Of a DNA stretch of 32,000 nt, positions 1-11,036 are shown in pieces (the first letter of the stretch is position 1; every line of letters begins with the position of its first letter). This stretch comes from Candidatus Saganbacteria bacterium (GTDB lineage Bacteria; Margulisbacteria; WOR-1; JAKLHX01): contig JAPLKZ010000006.1 in NCBI GenBank assembly GCA_026387835.1, positions 1-32,000 on the forward strand. Reading direction: 5' to 3'. The notes beneath the pieces were generated by a model that was given only the letters and a program-made list of their open reading frames with translations, did no database searches and was not told the origin of the DNA. The position numbers were made by a program, and so were the translations under genes.

Positions 1-650
1 AGAACCCTTTAAGAGTGCTCGACTGCAAGGAAGAAGGCTGCAAAAAAGAACTGGCAGGCATTCCGGCCCTGAAAGAAATGCTTTGTAAGGAATGTTCCTC
101 TCATTTTGATAATATCGTTAAAGCGCTGGAAAAACAGAAGATAAAAGTCAAGATAAACGACAGGCTGGTGCGCGGTCTCGATTATTACACAAGGACGACC
201 TTTGAAATAATATCCGGAGAGCTAGGCTCCCAGAACGCGGTTGCAGGCGGCGGGCGGTATGATGACCTTGTTAAAGAACTCGGAGGGCCGTCTGTCCCGG
301 CCGTGGGTTTTGCTATCGGTCTTGAGAGACTGATCTCTGTTATGACAGCACAGAACATACTCCCTAAAGATTCTAAGCCTGATAGTATTTATATTGCATG
401 GATAGGGGAGGAAGCAAAGGATAAGGCGTTCGAAACAGCGGTGAAGATAAGAGGACGCGGTATCACAGTAAATATTACTTATGACGCTAAAAGCCTTTCC
501 TCCCAGTTAAAAGCGGCTGACAGCCTGGGGGCAAAATATGTTTTAATGTTAGGGGAGGATGAGCTGAAAAGAGGGGTATTTACAGTCCGAAACATGATGA
601 CCAACCAGCAGGAAGAGATGAAAGAAGAAAGAGCACTTGAACTGTTATGA
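1..650 (+). CDS. hisS: Histidine--tRNA ligase, C-terminal part (5' end lies outside the window)
   Basis: The ORF is open at the left edge (frame of nt 3). The translation contains NPLRVLDCK and GGGRYDDL...[11 protein letters not shown], which are class II HisRS signatures, followed by an anticodon-binding-type C-terminus. The stop overlaps the aspS start (ATGA at 647-650). Confidence 0.9.
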   Translation, partial: NPLRVLDCKEEGCKKELAGIPALKEMLCKECSSHFDNIVKALEKQKIKVKINDRLVRGLDYYTRTTFEIISGELGSQNAVAGGGRYDDLVKELGGPSVPAVGFAIGLERLISVMTAQNILPKDSKPDSIYIAWIGEEAKDKAFETAVKIRGRGITVNITYDAKSLSSQLKAADSLGAKYVLMLGEDELKRGVFTVRNMMTNQQEEMKEERALELL

Positions 651-2440
651 TAAAACGTACAAGGAACTGCGGCGATCTGAAAAAAGGCGATATCGATAAA
701 GAGATAACCATCAACGGCTGGGTGCACAGAAGGAGAGACCACGGGAACCTGATATTTTTAGATATCCGGGACCGCTCCGGCATAGTCCAGGTCGTGGTGG
801 ATTCCGACAAAAAAAATATCCATGCTGTAGCGGAAAAAATAAGGCCCGAGTTTGTTATCGCGGTCAAAGGCGTCATCAAAGCCCGTTCTTCCCAGTCAGT
901 CAATAAAAATATCCCGACAGGCGAGATCGAAGTTATACCTTCGGACATAGAGATTTTGAACACAGCCAAGACCCCTGCTTTTGAAATAGCCGATGCAATC
1001 CAGCCGGTGGATGAGAATACCAGATTGAAATACCGCTACCTCGACCTGCGGAAAGACTTCATGAAAGATAATCTGGTCTTAAGGCACAGGATATTAAAAG
1101 CGGCTTCTGATTTTCTTGACACCGAAGGTTTCCTTGCTATAGAGACCCCTTTTCTCGGGAAGAGCACCCCCGAGGGGGCCAGGGATTATCTCGTCCCGTC
1201 CCGGGTAAATCCCGGCAAGTTCTATGCGCTCCCGCAGTCACCCCAGTTATATAAGCAGATCCTCATGATCTCCGGGCTCGAAAAATATTACCAGATAGCC
1301 AGGTGTTTTAGGGATGAGGACCTGAGGGCGGACAGGCAGCCGGAGTTCACTCAGATAGACCTTGAGATGTCGTTCGTCGATGCGGAAGACGTCCTTTCTC
1401 TCACCGAACGGATGGTCTTTCATATCATTGATACTCTTAAAAAGACCGGTTATAGAAATAAAGACTTTCCTGACGTGAAACTTCCGCTCCCGAGGATGTC
1501 GTATAAAGAAGCTATGGACAGATTTGGCAATGATAAGCCGGATACGAGATTCGGTCTTGAGCTGGTCGATGTTTCAGATATCGCAAAGGATTCCGAGTTT
1601 AAAGTCTTTTCCGGTGCGGTAAGATCCGGAGGGGTCGTCAAATGCATCAATATCGAAGGCGGAGGAAAATTCTCGAGGAGCGAGATAACCGCTCTTGAAG
1701 AGGAAGCAAAGACATGCGGCGCAAAAGGGCTGGCATGGATCGTAATAGGAGAAGAGGACTCGAAAGGACCTATCGCAAAGTTCCTTAAGCCGGAAGAGGT
1801 AGAGGCTATTAAAAACAAGGCAAAAGCAAAGGTGGGAGATCTATTGATATTTGTTGCGGATACTTACCATATGGCTTGCAGTGTCCTGAGCTCGATAAGG
1901 CTCAGCCTCGGCAAAAAACTTGCGCTCATAGACCCGAAAAAGTTCAGCTTCCTCTGGGTAGTCGATTTTCCGCTGTTCGAGTACAGCGAGACAGAAAAAA
2001 GATGGTCATCGCGGCATCACCCGTTCACTTCTCCTGACGGAGACCTTGACGCTCTCGAAGAGAGATATAAAAAAGACCCGGGAGGGGTCGGGGCAAAAGC
2101 TTACGATATTGTTTTGAACGGCGTCGAACTAGGCGGCGGCAGCATCAGGATCCACAGGAGCGATATCCAGCATAAGATATTCAATATTCTTGGCCTGCCA
2201 GAGCAACTGACACGCCTGCAGTTCGGTTTTTTCCTTGACGCACTAGAATACGGCGCGCCCCCGCACGGAGGAATAGCTCTCGGTGTCGACAGGTTCGTGA
2301 TGATGCTAGTGGGTGCTGAATCAATAAGGGACGTCATTGCATTTCCGAAGACACAATCGGCTTATTGCCCGCTTTCGGAAGCTCCGTCAGAGGTTGACAC
2401 GAAGCAGCTGAAAGAGTTGCACATAAAACCGGCATTATGA
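647..2440 (+). CDS. aspS: Aspartate--tRNA ligase (bacterial type, 597 aa)
   Basis: N-terminal OB-fold ([27 protein letters not shown]), QSPQLYKQ, motif 2 [26 protein letters not shown], and motif 3 GIALGVDR. Confidence 0.95.
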   Translation: MIKRTRNCGDLKKGDIDKEITINGWVHRRRDHGNLIFLDIRDRSGIVQVVVDSDKKNIHAVAEKIRPEFVIAVKGVIKARSSQSVNKNIPTGEIEVIPSDIEILNTAKTPAFEIADAIQPVDENTRLKYRYLDLRKDFMKDNLVLRHRILKAASDFLDTEGFLAIETPFLGKSTPEGARDYLVPSRVNPGKFYALPQSPQLYKQILMISGLEKYYQIARCFRDEDLRADRQPEFTQIDLEMSFVDAEDVLSLTERMVFHIIDTLKKTGYRNKDFPDVKLPLPRMSYKEAMDRFGNDKPDTRFGLELVDVSDIAKDSEFKVFSGAVRSGGVVKCINIEGGGKFSRSEITALEEEAKTCGAKGLAWIVIGEEDSKGPIAKFLKPEEVEAIKNKAKAKVGDLLIFVADTYHMACSVLSSIRLSLGKKLALIDPKKFSFLWVVDFPLFEYSETEKRWSSRHHPFTSPDGDLDALEERYKKDPGGVGAKAYDIVLNGVELGGGSIRIHRSDIQHKIFNILGLPEQLTRLQFGFFLDALEYGAPPHGGIALGVDRFVMMLVGAESIRDVIAFPKTQSAYCPLSEAPSEVDTKQLKELHIKPAL

Positions 2441-3123
2441 AAAGATTAATATTTATTTTACCTGTTTTTATTTTTCTTGTGCTCTCCTCTGGCTGCGGGA
2501 AGAGCCCTGTAGGGGTTGTCCCGGAATCCGCGACGCCGGCTTTGTCTTCTTCGCTGTCCGCGGTCGTTCCGGCTAAAAGCTCAAAAGTATCTGGCAGGAT
2601 TATTCTTTCAGACAGCGAAATGGCAAAGATGAAGCCTGTGTCGGGAGAGGCCGTGCTTTGTTCTCTGGAAGCAAAGGGCGGTTTTGCCGTCACGACTGTT
2701 GCGACATCCCTGGCGGCGGACGCTTCTTATATCCTTTATATAAGTCCGGAAGCTGTAGACAGGCTTTATTTCGTGAGGGTCACTATGGCGGCAAGTAAAG
2801 AATCTCTCATAATATTCGCCCCAGTATATATAAAAAAAGAAGTGACTTCAGAAGTGGTCGCTGATGTTTCTTCCGCGACCACATATTTTTCGCTCATGCT
2901 GTCGGATATTGTGAAAAACAATGAAAAATTAATGATAAACCCTAAGATCATAGAAAATAAAAAACCGGCGATGCTCAAAGAACTGAAAAAGCATGTCCCG
3001 TTGACCGGCGGGACTGAACAGGACCCTTTATATGTACGTTTAAAGGCCTCTCTTATTGATTTGCTGACCGCTTCGGCTGAATCCGCGGCGACGATACCTT
3101 CTAAGGAAGCAACCGGACCTTAA
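2437..3123 (+). CDS. Hypothetical lipoprotein
   Basis: N-terminal hydrophobic signal peptide ending in a lipobox-like LSSGC. The start overlaps the aspS stop (ATGA). No family was recognised. Confidence 0.6.
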   Translation: MKRLIFILPVFIFLVLSSGCGKSPVGVVPESATPALSSSLSAVVPAKSSKVSGRIILSDSEMAKMKPVSGEAVLCSLEAKGGFAVTTVATSLAADASYILYISPEAVDRLYFVRVTMAASKESLIIFAPVYIKKEVTSEVVADVSSATTYFSLMLSDIVKNNEKLMINPKIIENKKPAMLKELKKHVPLTGGTEQDPLYVRLKASLIDLLTASAESAATIPSKEATGP

Positions 3124-3186
3124 TAATGCCGGATCGCTGTTTCGGGTCATGAACAAATAGTTTAGTTATATATGATAGAATAATAA

Positions 3187-5206
<2,020 letters not shown>

Positions 5207-5210
<4 letters not shown>

Positions 5211-5761
5211 AATGTAAATTCATCAACAAGCAGATCGATTACACAGGCGAACAGTTGAGGCCGCATTATATCTATGAGAATTTCGATCTGGAAGGTGATG
5301 CTATAATCTCGTTCACGGGAAAATGCGAAGTCAAACAGCATATGGTAGACCTTGCTGACAGCAAAAAGAAAGAATTCATCCGCAGCTCCCTGATGCTCCA
5401 TTTTCTTGCCGAGCATTTCGATAATGACCTGGAAAAGACGATCCTAAGGAAAAGGCTGCTGATATCCATTATCATGGAAGAAACCCACAGGATGGCCGGA
5501 AAGCTGATATTTCTCAGGAAAGATAACGGCTTATACCAAAAGGACAGAAAATTGACCGTGGCAGTTGCGACAGCTTCAAATGTCTCGACACTGATCCACG
5601 CCGGGGTAAATATTTCTTCAAAGGACACCCCGGTAAAGACAGCAAGTCTTAGCGAGTACGGGATCGACCCGAAAAAACTCGGGGAGCGAGTGATAAAAAA
5701 GTACATTGATGAAATGCGCTCGATCATGGCGTCAAGAGCGAAAGTGAAAGGTGTCAGATGA
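5207..5761 (+). CDS. Hypothetical protein, 184 aa (family not confidently recognised; possibly a DUF366/COG2029-type protein)
   Basis: Clean ORF with 4-nt overlaps to queC upstream and amj downstream. No catalytic motif was recognised by eye. Confidence 0.55.
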
Positions 5762-6576
5762 ACGCCCTTGTATTTGTCTGCATATTTACCGGTCTGATAC
5801 ATTTTTTTGAGACGCTGTCATCATCCATGAGGCTGGCCGGGGTAAGGACAAAGCAGATAGCGACTTCGCTGGCTTTTGTCAACACGGCTTTTTTGATAGC
5901 AAGGATGTCTAACATGCTCCAGGCCCCGCTTCTCGGCGGCATGGTGGACATGGCGATACTCAACAACAATCCGGGAGACCTTGCCAATAAATTCAGGATA
6001 GTCATCTTCTGCGCTTTTATAGGGAACGTGGCAGGCGCTTTATTGATCCCGTTTTTCGTCAATATCTTCGAGGAAGCCATCTATATCTTCGAAAGAAAAG
6101 GTTCCATCCCAAAACTGATGGCCGAATCTCTAAAACCAAGAAATATAAAAAAGGTCATCAGATCTTTCAGGCTGCCGGACGCGGGTTCTTTCAGTAATAT
6201 ATCTTTAAAGAACATATCTCCCACATTCCTGATCCTTAATTTCTTTATGGTATCGATATATGCCATAGGCGTCCTTTCGTCACTGTTCGCGGGAGCGCAG
6301 GTGCCGGAGTTCAGGACCACGGCATCCCAGCTGTCCGGTATAGTCAACGGCATGGCCACGATATTGCTTGCTCTGATGGTCGACCCGACCTGCGCGTTCA
6401 TAACCGACCAGGCGGTAAGGGGCAAAAGGAGCGAGAACGACGTGCGTTCAATGGTGTTCTATATTGTCTTGGGCAGGATACTGGGGACGCTTATCTTATC
6501 ACAACTGTTATTCTGGCCGGCCTCCGAATACATTAAAAATACAACAATGTTCGTTAAATCAATGTTTGTGCGATGA
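5758..6576 (+). CDS. amj: Lipid II flippase Amj-like membrane protein (DUF2837 family)
   Basis: The protein is 272 aa and polytopic. Its N-terminus (LIHFFETLSSSMRLAGVRT), NMLQAPLLG and C-terminal VDP..AFITDQAVRGKR resemble my recollection of B. subtilis Amj/YdaH. Confidence 0.7.
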   Translation: MNALVFVCIFTGLIHFFETLSSSMRLAGVRTKQIATSLAFVNTAFLIARMSNMLQAPLLGGMVDMAILNNNPGDLANKFRIVIFCAFIGNVAGALLIPFFVNIFEEAIYIFERKGSIPKLMAESLKPRNIKKVIRSFRLPDAGSFSNISLKNISPTFLILNFFMVSIYAIGVLSSLFAGAQVPEFRTTASQLSGIVNGMATILLALMVDPTCAFITDQAVRGKRSENDVRSMVFYIVLGRILGTLILSQLLFWPASEYIKNTTMFVKSMFVR

Positions 6577-7490
6577 AGACGACAAAAGACCTGAAAAATT
6601 TCAAAGAAAGCTCCTCAGTTGTCGCTATCGGCACTTTTGACGGTTTTCATCTCGGCCATAAAAAAGTCATAGCCTCGGCGGTCGCTTTCGCAAAGGCGAA
6701 AAAACTTCCCTCGGTTGTGCTCACCTTTGATCCGCACCCGCAAAAAGCGCTTCACCCCGGCAGGCAGATAAAGATGCTTTCCACGGCAGATGAAAGAGCC
6801 TGCCTGGTCGAAGCCCTGTCTCCGGATCATTTTGTGGTGGCAAAGTTCGACAGGAACTTCAGCAGCATGAATTATAAAAAATTCGTAAATGATATCCTTC
6901 TCAAAAAATTGAAGGTAAAGCATATCTTTGTGGGAAAAGATTATGTTTTCGGCAGGGGAAAAGAAGGGAACCTGTCTAAATTAAAAAAACTCGGAAAAGA
7001 ATTCGGGTTCAGCGTCACGGGCGTCACGGACAAAAAAGAAGCGGGAAGGGTCGTAAAAAGCACCTTGATAAGGCATCTTATAGAAAAAGGCGAATTCTCT
7101 CATGCTTTGAACCTTCTGGGGCATCCTTATCTTATCTGCGGGAAAGTCATTTCCGGAAGAGGGAGAGGAGCTCTTTTGGGATATCCTACGGCTAATGTGG
7201 CGGTCGGGCCTGAGAAGCTTGTCCCGTGTGACGGTGTCTACGCCTGTCATGTCATGATAAATGGCAAAAAATACAAAGGGGCCGTTAATATCGGCAGGCG
7301 CCCGACCTTCATTGAGAAAGACAGGACGATAGAGGTCTTTATCCTGAACTTCAGGTCAGATATCAGGGGAAAGAAACTCCGCCTTTTTCTTGAGAAGAGG
7401 CTCCGGTCCGAAAAAAAGTTCAATAATGTAAAGACTTTGATCAGGGCTATAGGGCATGATGCCAAGATTGCGGAAAGAATCCTTGTGTGA
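6573..7490 (+). CDS. ribF: Bifunctional riboflavin kinase / FMN adenylyltransferase
   Basis: N-terminal GTFDGFHLGH nucleotidyltransferase motif and a C-terminal riboflavin kinase region (GYPTANV, NIGRRPTF, EVFILNF). Length is 305 aa. Confidence 0.9.
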   Translation: MKTTKDLKNFKESSSVVAIGTFDGFHLGHKKVIASAVAFAKAKKLPSVVLTFDPHPQKALHPGRQIKMLSTADERACLVEALSPDHFVVAKFDRNFSSMNYKKFVNDILLKKLKVKHIFVGKDYVFGRGKEGNLSKLKKLGKEFGFSVTGVTDKKEAGRVVKSTLIRHLIEKGEFSHALNLLGHPYLICGKVISGRGRGALLGYPTANVAVGPEKLVPCDGVYACHVMINGKKYKGAVNIGRRPTFIEKDRTIEVFILNFRSDIRGKKLRLFLEKRLRSEKKFNNVKTLIRAIGHDAKIAERILV

Positions 7491-7515
7491 TAAAATAATT
7501 ATAAAGGAAGAAAAT

Positions 7516-7776
7516 ATGAGGACAGAAGAGAAAAAAGCGGTAATTGACAGCAGCAAGATCAACGAAAAAGACTGCGGTTCGGCCGATGTGCAGATAGCCC
7601 TGCTGACCAAAAGAATAGCCGAGCTTTCCGGCCATCTTTCCACTCACCTAAAAGACCATCACACGCGGCACGGGCTGCTGCTCATGGTCGGAAAAAGGAA
7701 AAGGCTTATCAGCTATCTCAAAAGGACCGAACCCAAAAGGTACGCTAAACTTGCCGGAAATCTGGGAATTAAATGA
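7516..7776 (+). CDS. rpsO: 30S ribosomal protein S15
   Basis: The sequence from M21 of the tracked ORF gives an 86-aa S15-like protein (GSADVQIALLT.RI..L..HL..H.KDHH.R.GLL..V.KR..LL.YL). AAGGAAG lies 6 nt upstream of the ATG at 7516. The longer tracked start at 7456 overlaps ribF and is unlikely. Confidence 0.92.
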   Translation: MRTEEKKAVIDSSKINEKDCGSADVQIALLTKRIAELSGHLSTHLKDHHTRHGLLLMVGKRKRLISYLKRTEPKRYAKLAGNLGIK

Positions 7777-9866
7777 TCCACGAATCAAGTATCGAGCTTT
7801 CGGGCCGCAACCTCAAGTTTGAAACAGGCAAATTAGCCCAGCAGGCTTCAGGTTCCGTCGTAGTGCGTTTCGGAGATACCGTCCTCATAGCCACAGCCAC
7901 TGTCTCGGAAAAGATCCGCAAAGACATTGATTATTTTCCTCTGGTAGTTGATTACGAAGAAAAGATGTACGCTGTCGGGAAGATCCCCGGAGGCTTTTTC
8001 AAGCGCGAGGGCAGGCCTACCGAAAAGGCGATCCTAACCTCAAGGCTGATAGACCGGCCGATAAGGCCGCTGTTCCCCGACGGTTTCAAGAACGATGTTC
8101 AGATCGTCGTCACTCCGCTTTCTGTGGATGAGAGCAATCCGCCCGATGTCATAGCAATAATCGCGGCGTCCGCGGCTATTTCTATCTCAGAGATACCATT
8201 TCAGGGGCCGATCGGAGCGGTGAGAGTGGCGCGTATTGACGGGAAATTCATCGCGTATCCGACGAACGAAGAAATGGAAAAAAGCGACCTTGACCTGGTA
8301 TTCGCGGGTGACAGGGAAGAGATCTCCATGATAGAGGCAAAGGGAGACGAGATCCCCGAAGCGGTCGTAATAGACGCGATAAAATTCGGCCATAAATATA
8401 TCAACCAGGTGATCGACTTCCAGGAAGAATTCAAGAAAAAGGCCGGGGTCCCGGTGATGCAGTTCAAAGTCACAATGCCTGACGAAAAACTCGAGGCTTA
8501 TGTCGTTAAGGAAGCGACCGGAAAAATAAAAGAAGCGCTTTATATCACCAATAATGAAAAACAAAAGGACAGGCTTGCGGTGATTGAGAACGAGCTGGTG
8601 GAAAAAATAAAAGACGGCCCGGACGAGCATCTTAAAACGGTCATAAAAGAAAAGGTGTCCGACCTGTACGCGATAATGAAATCAATAGAGAAAAAACTTG
8701 TCCGCCATATGATAATCAACGAGGATAAAAGGCCGGACGGCAGAAAGATGGATGAGGTAAGGCCGGTCACCTGCGAGATAGGCATCCTTCCGAGGGCGCA
8801 CGGGTCCGCGGTCTTTACGAGGGGCATGACGCAGGCCCTGACGGTAGTTACTCTTGGAGCAAAAGGCGACGCGCAGATAATCGACGGCCTTGACGCGGAA
8901 AAAAGCGAAAAGTGCTTCATGCACCATTACAATATGCCTGCTTACAGCGTAGGAGAGGTAAGGCCTCTCAGAGGCCCCGGAAGGCGCGAGATCGGGCACG
9001 GGGCTTTAGCCGAAAAAGCACTTCTGCCGGTAATACCGCCTGAAGAAGAGTTCCCTTATACTATAAGGCTCGTCTCGGAAATTCTAGGTTCCAACGGTTC
9101 ATCTTCGATGGCCTCTACATGCGGAAGCTCTCTTGCTTTGATGGACGCCGGAGCGCCGATCAAAGCGGCTGTATCCGGAATAGCCATGGGACTTGTGACA
9201 GAGGGCAAAAAGTTCAAGATACTGACAGATCTCCAGGGGCTCGAGGATTTTCTCGGCGATATGGACTTTAAGATAGCCGGGTCCGCGAGAGGGATAACTG
9301 CCATCCAGCTTGACACAAAGATAAAAGGGCTTTCTATGGAGATAGTCGAAAAGACTTTCGCCCAGGCAAAAACGGGCCGCGACTTTATATTAAATAAAAT
9401 GCTCGAAGCGATCTCATCACCGAGAAAAGATCTTTCCGAGTTCGCGCCGAGGGTCATCTCCTTCTCGATCAATACCGAGAAGATCGGCATGGTGATCGGA
9501 CCGGGCGGAAAGAACATCAAAAAGATAATCGAAGACACTAAATGCCAGATAGACATCGAGGACGACGGCAGGGTGTTCATCACCTCGGTAGATGCCGCGA
9601 TGGCCAGAGAAGCCAAAGCGCGCATCGACGAGATAGCGATGGACGCGGAAATCGGCAAGGTCTATCACGGCGAGGTCGTAAAGATCATGAATTTCGGGGC
9701 TTTTGTCGAGATACTTCCCGGAAAAGACGGGATGGTCCATATCTCAAAACTCGCGAACCGCAGGGTGAATAAAGTGGAAGATGTGGTGAGCGTCGGCGAT
9801 AAAGTCGATGTCAGGGTGACCGAGATAGATGCCCAGGGCCGGATCAACCTCACGATGGTGATTTAG
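7773..9866 (+). CDS. pnp: Polyribonucleotide nucleotidyltransferase (PNPase)
   Basis: The protein is 697 aa. It has two RNase PH domains, a KH domain (GPGGKNIKKI) and a C-terminal S1 domain (GEVVKIMNFGAFVEILPGKDGMVHIS). ATGA overlap with rpsO. Confidence 0.95.
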   Translation: MIHESSIELSGRNLKFETGKLAQQASGSVVVRFGDTVLIATATVSEKIRKDIDYFPLVVDYEEKMYAVGKIPGGFFKREGRPTEKAILTSRLIDRPIRPLFPDGFKNDVQIVVTPLSVDESNPPDVIAIIAASAAISISEIPFQGPIGAVRVARIDGKFIAYPTNEEMEKSDLDLVFAGDREEISMIEAKGDEIPEAVVIDAIKFGHKYINQVIDFQEEFKKKAGVPVMQFKVTMPDEKLEAYVVKEATGKIKEALYITNNEKQKDRLAVIENELVEKIKDGPDEHLKTVIKEKVSDLYAIMKSIEKKLVRHMIINEDKRPDGRKMDEVRPVTCEIGILPRAHGSAVFTRGMTQALTVVTLGAKGDAQIIDGLDAEKSEKCFMHHYNMPAYSVGEVRPLRGPGRREIGHGALAEKALLPVIPPEEEFPYTIRLVSEILGSNGSSSMASTCGSSLALMDAGAPIKAAVSGIAMGLVTEGKKFKILTDLQGLEDFLGDMDFKIAGSARGITAIQLDTKIKGLSMEIVEKTFAQAKTGRDFILNKMLEAISSPRKDLSEFAPRVISFSINTEKIGMVIGPGGKNIKKIIEDTKCQIDIEDDGRVFITSVDAAMAREAKARIDEIAMDAEIGKVYHGEVVKIMNFGAFVEILPGKDGMVHISKLANRRVNKVEDVVSVGDKVDVRVTEIDAQGRINLTMVI
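9795..9866 (+). repeat. Direct repeat copy 1 (functional 3' end of pnp, last 23 codons plus stop)
   Basis: By manual alignment, 66 of 72 nt are identical to 10912-10983. Confidence 0.85.
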
Positions 9867-9898
9867 CTCACAAAGTTTTATGCCAGACAGTCTTATCC

Positions 9899-10753
9899 TT
9901 AATCTGTTATTACAGGATATATTTTTTTGGTGACCATTACAGCACTGATCGAACCAATAGGTATTTCATGTTTTGCTTGTCCGTTCCGTCCGGTAGTTAC
10001 AAAAGCTTTATCTGCAATAAACCCTAAATCAGTAGTTGGCCAAAATCCGAGGCTGTCAACCCAGCGGCCTTCGTTTATGGTGTCAGTAAATCTGTGTGAA
10101 TCTACCATAGAGAACCTTCTGGCTTCATAAGTGCTTCTCCTCGTTGCTATGTTCAAGCCCATGACCATATATTTGTCTGATAAAGCAAGAAGCTTTCTTG
10201 CTATCGCGGGTGTCACAAGTGCACGTCCCCTGGACGCCTGTTGAACGGCGGTAGGTTTATGAGCGACAGGAACCTGTAATGAATGATCCAAGACGTGAGG
10301 CATACGATAAGCCATGTCGTTCAGCCACCAGAAGATCCTGTTCAGCATGTGGCTGTTAAGATCGTTCAGGTCTTCCATTGTCCTTCCGCAAGTGGGCCAG
10401 CCAATCCCTCCTGTAGCATATTCCCCCATCTCATGGGCAGAGAACATCGCTATCATGTCCTGCACGGATAATATTGTTCTGTTACCGAATGAGACGAGCA
10501 GATTTTCCTTTCCTCTTTCCACTCTCGCGGCCCCGGCCAGAAAAGCAAGCTGGGCATTCCTAAAACCATCACATCCGTTGGGCAGGTGTTCAGGGCCGAG
10601 CACCGTTGTTTCCGGCGTCACAGGCCTTTCGTTAAGCCCAAGGTATACGCGTCCTCTTACGTCTGTCAGCCTGTGCAAAGTCTCCGCGGCCCTTGTGATA
10701 TGCGGCAGGTGCTTTATCGATCCTGCGACAGCAAGAGTTGGTCTGGTAGACAT
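9899..10753 (-). CDS. Hypothetical protein A, 284 aa, unrecognised family
   Basis: ATG start preceded by AAAGGAGAA. Codon usage is host-like. There is no signal peptide or TM segment. The gene is convergent with pnp, with a 32-nt gap. It appears to be a remote paralogue of the next gene (colinear anchors TLAVAG..H, SAHEMGE, EGRW...PT). Confidence 0.7.
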   Translation of the reverse strand: MSTRPTLAVAGSIKHLPHITRAAETLHRLTDVRGRVYLGLNERPVTPETTVLGPEHLPNGCDGFRNAQLAFLAGAARVERGKENLLVSFGNRTILSVQDMIAMFSAHEMGEYATGGIGWPTCGRTMEDLNDLNSHMLNRIFWWLNDMAYRMPHVLDHSLQVPVAHKPTAVQQASRGRALVTPAIARKLLALSDKYMVMGLNIATRRSTYEARRFSMVDSHRFTDTINEGRWVDSLGFWPTTDLGFIADKAFVTTGRNGQAKHEIPIGSISAVMVTKKIYPVITD

Positions 10754-10816
10754 ATTATGTATTCTCCTTTAAATATAGTAAAATCGTCTCTGATTAGTTA
10801 TCGGCAATTCATCAGA

Positions 10817-10865
10817 GAAATTTCAGCCAATTTTATAAATCTTTAACAGCATCATTTTTGCACAA
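10817..10865 (-). promoter_or_regulatory. Conserved upstream blocks of gene A (27-nt block plus 12-nt block)
   Basis: GAAATTTCAGCCAATTTTATAAATCTT (10817-10843) matches 11964-11990 at 24/27 nt. ATTTTTGCACAA (10854-10865) is identical to 12022-12033. The block contains the 8-bp palindromes GAAATTTC and TTTATAAA. On the minus strand it lies 63 nt upstream of the gene A ATG and includes a TATAAA(A)T -10-like box. Confidence 0.45.
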
Positions 10866-10911
10866 TACTTTCTTAAAAAAGCCGAAAAAAGCTGCAAACT
10901 TAAAGAACATT

Positions 10912-10983
10912 GGCGATAAAGTCGATGTCAGAGTGACCGAGATAGACGCCCAGGGCCGGATCAAGATCACGATGGTGATATAA
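10912..10983 (+). pseudogene. Orphan copy of the pnp 3' end (23 codons plus stop, no upstream coding context)
   Basis: It translates in frame as GDKVDVRVTEIDAQGRIKITMVI*, against GDKVDVRVTEIDAQGRINLTMVI* at the real pnp end. There are 6 substitutions in 72 nt, mostly synonymous or conservative. Similarity stops abruptly at 10911/10912. Confidence 0.8.
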
Positions 10984-10998
10984 GAAGTTAAACGCTAA

Positions 10999-11014
10999 TC
11001 CGCCAGCTGGCGGA
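10999..11014. terminator. Perfect 16-nt palindrome TCCGCCAGCTGGCGGA between the orphan pnp tail and the 3' end of gene B; putative bidirectional terminator
   Basis: GC-rich stem seen directly. On the minus strand it is followed by TTAGCGTTTAAC and preceded by TTTTGAGTTTTAG. There is no clean U-tract, so the call is tentative. Confidence 0.4.
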
Positions 11015-11036
11015 CTAAAACTCAAAAGTTAATAAT

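Noticed and set aside
9899-10753. Protein A weakly resembles metal-dependent families. N-terminal AVAGS.KHLPHI and VLGPEHLPNGCD recall the His motifs of LigB/MEMO-type dioxygenases or the EQHGPHLP motif of creatininase/MftE.
   Set aside because: Motif spacing does not fit either family, later signature motifs are missing, and protein B does not conserve them. The resemblance is too weak to call without a profile search.
9867-10911. I considered a classical integrase-mediated genomic island with attL/attR formed by the duplicated pnp 3' end.
   Set aside because: There is no integrase, excisionase, transposase or terminal inverted repeats, and the insert is only about 1 kb with one gene. I keep the att-like geometry as an observation but not the mobile-element call.
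9795-10983. I considered a diversity-generating retroelement (VR at the pnp 3' end, TR 1 kb downstream). Four of the six mismatches have an A in the downstream copy.
   Set aside because: No reverse transcriptase is nearby; neither protein A nor protein B has YxDD/RT motifs. Only 4 of roughly two dozen adenines differ, and two mismatches are not at adenines. The repeat is short (72 nt). PNPase S1 is also an implausible DGR target.
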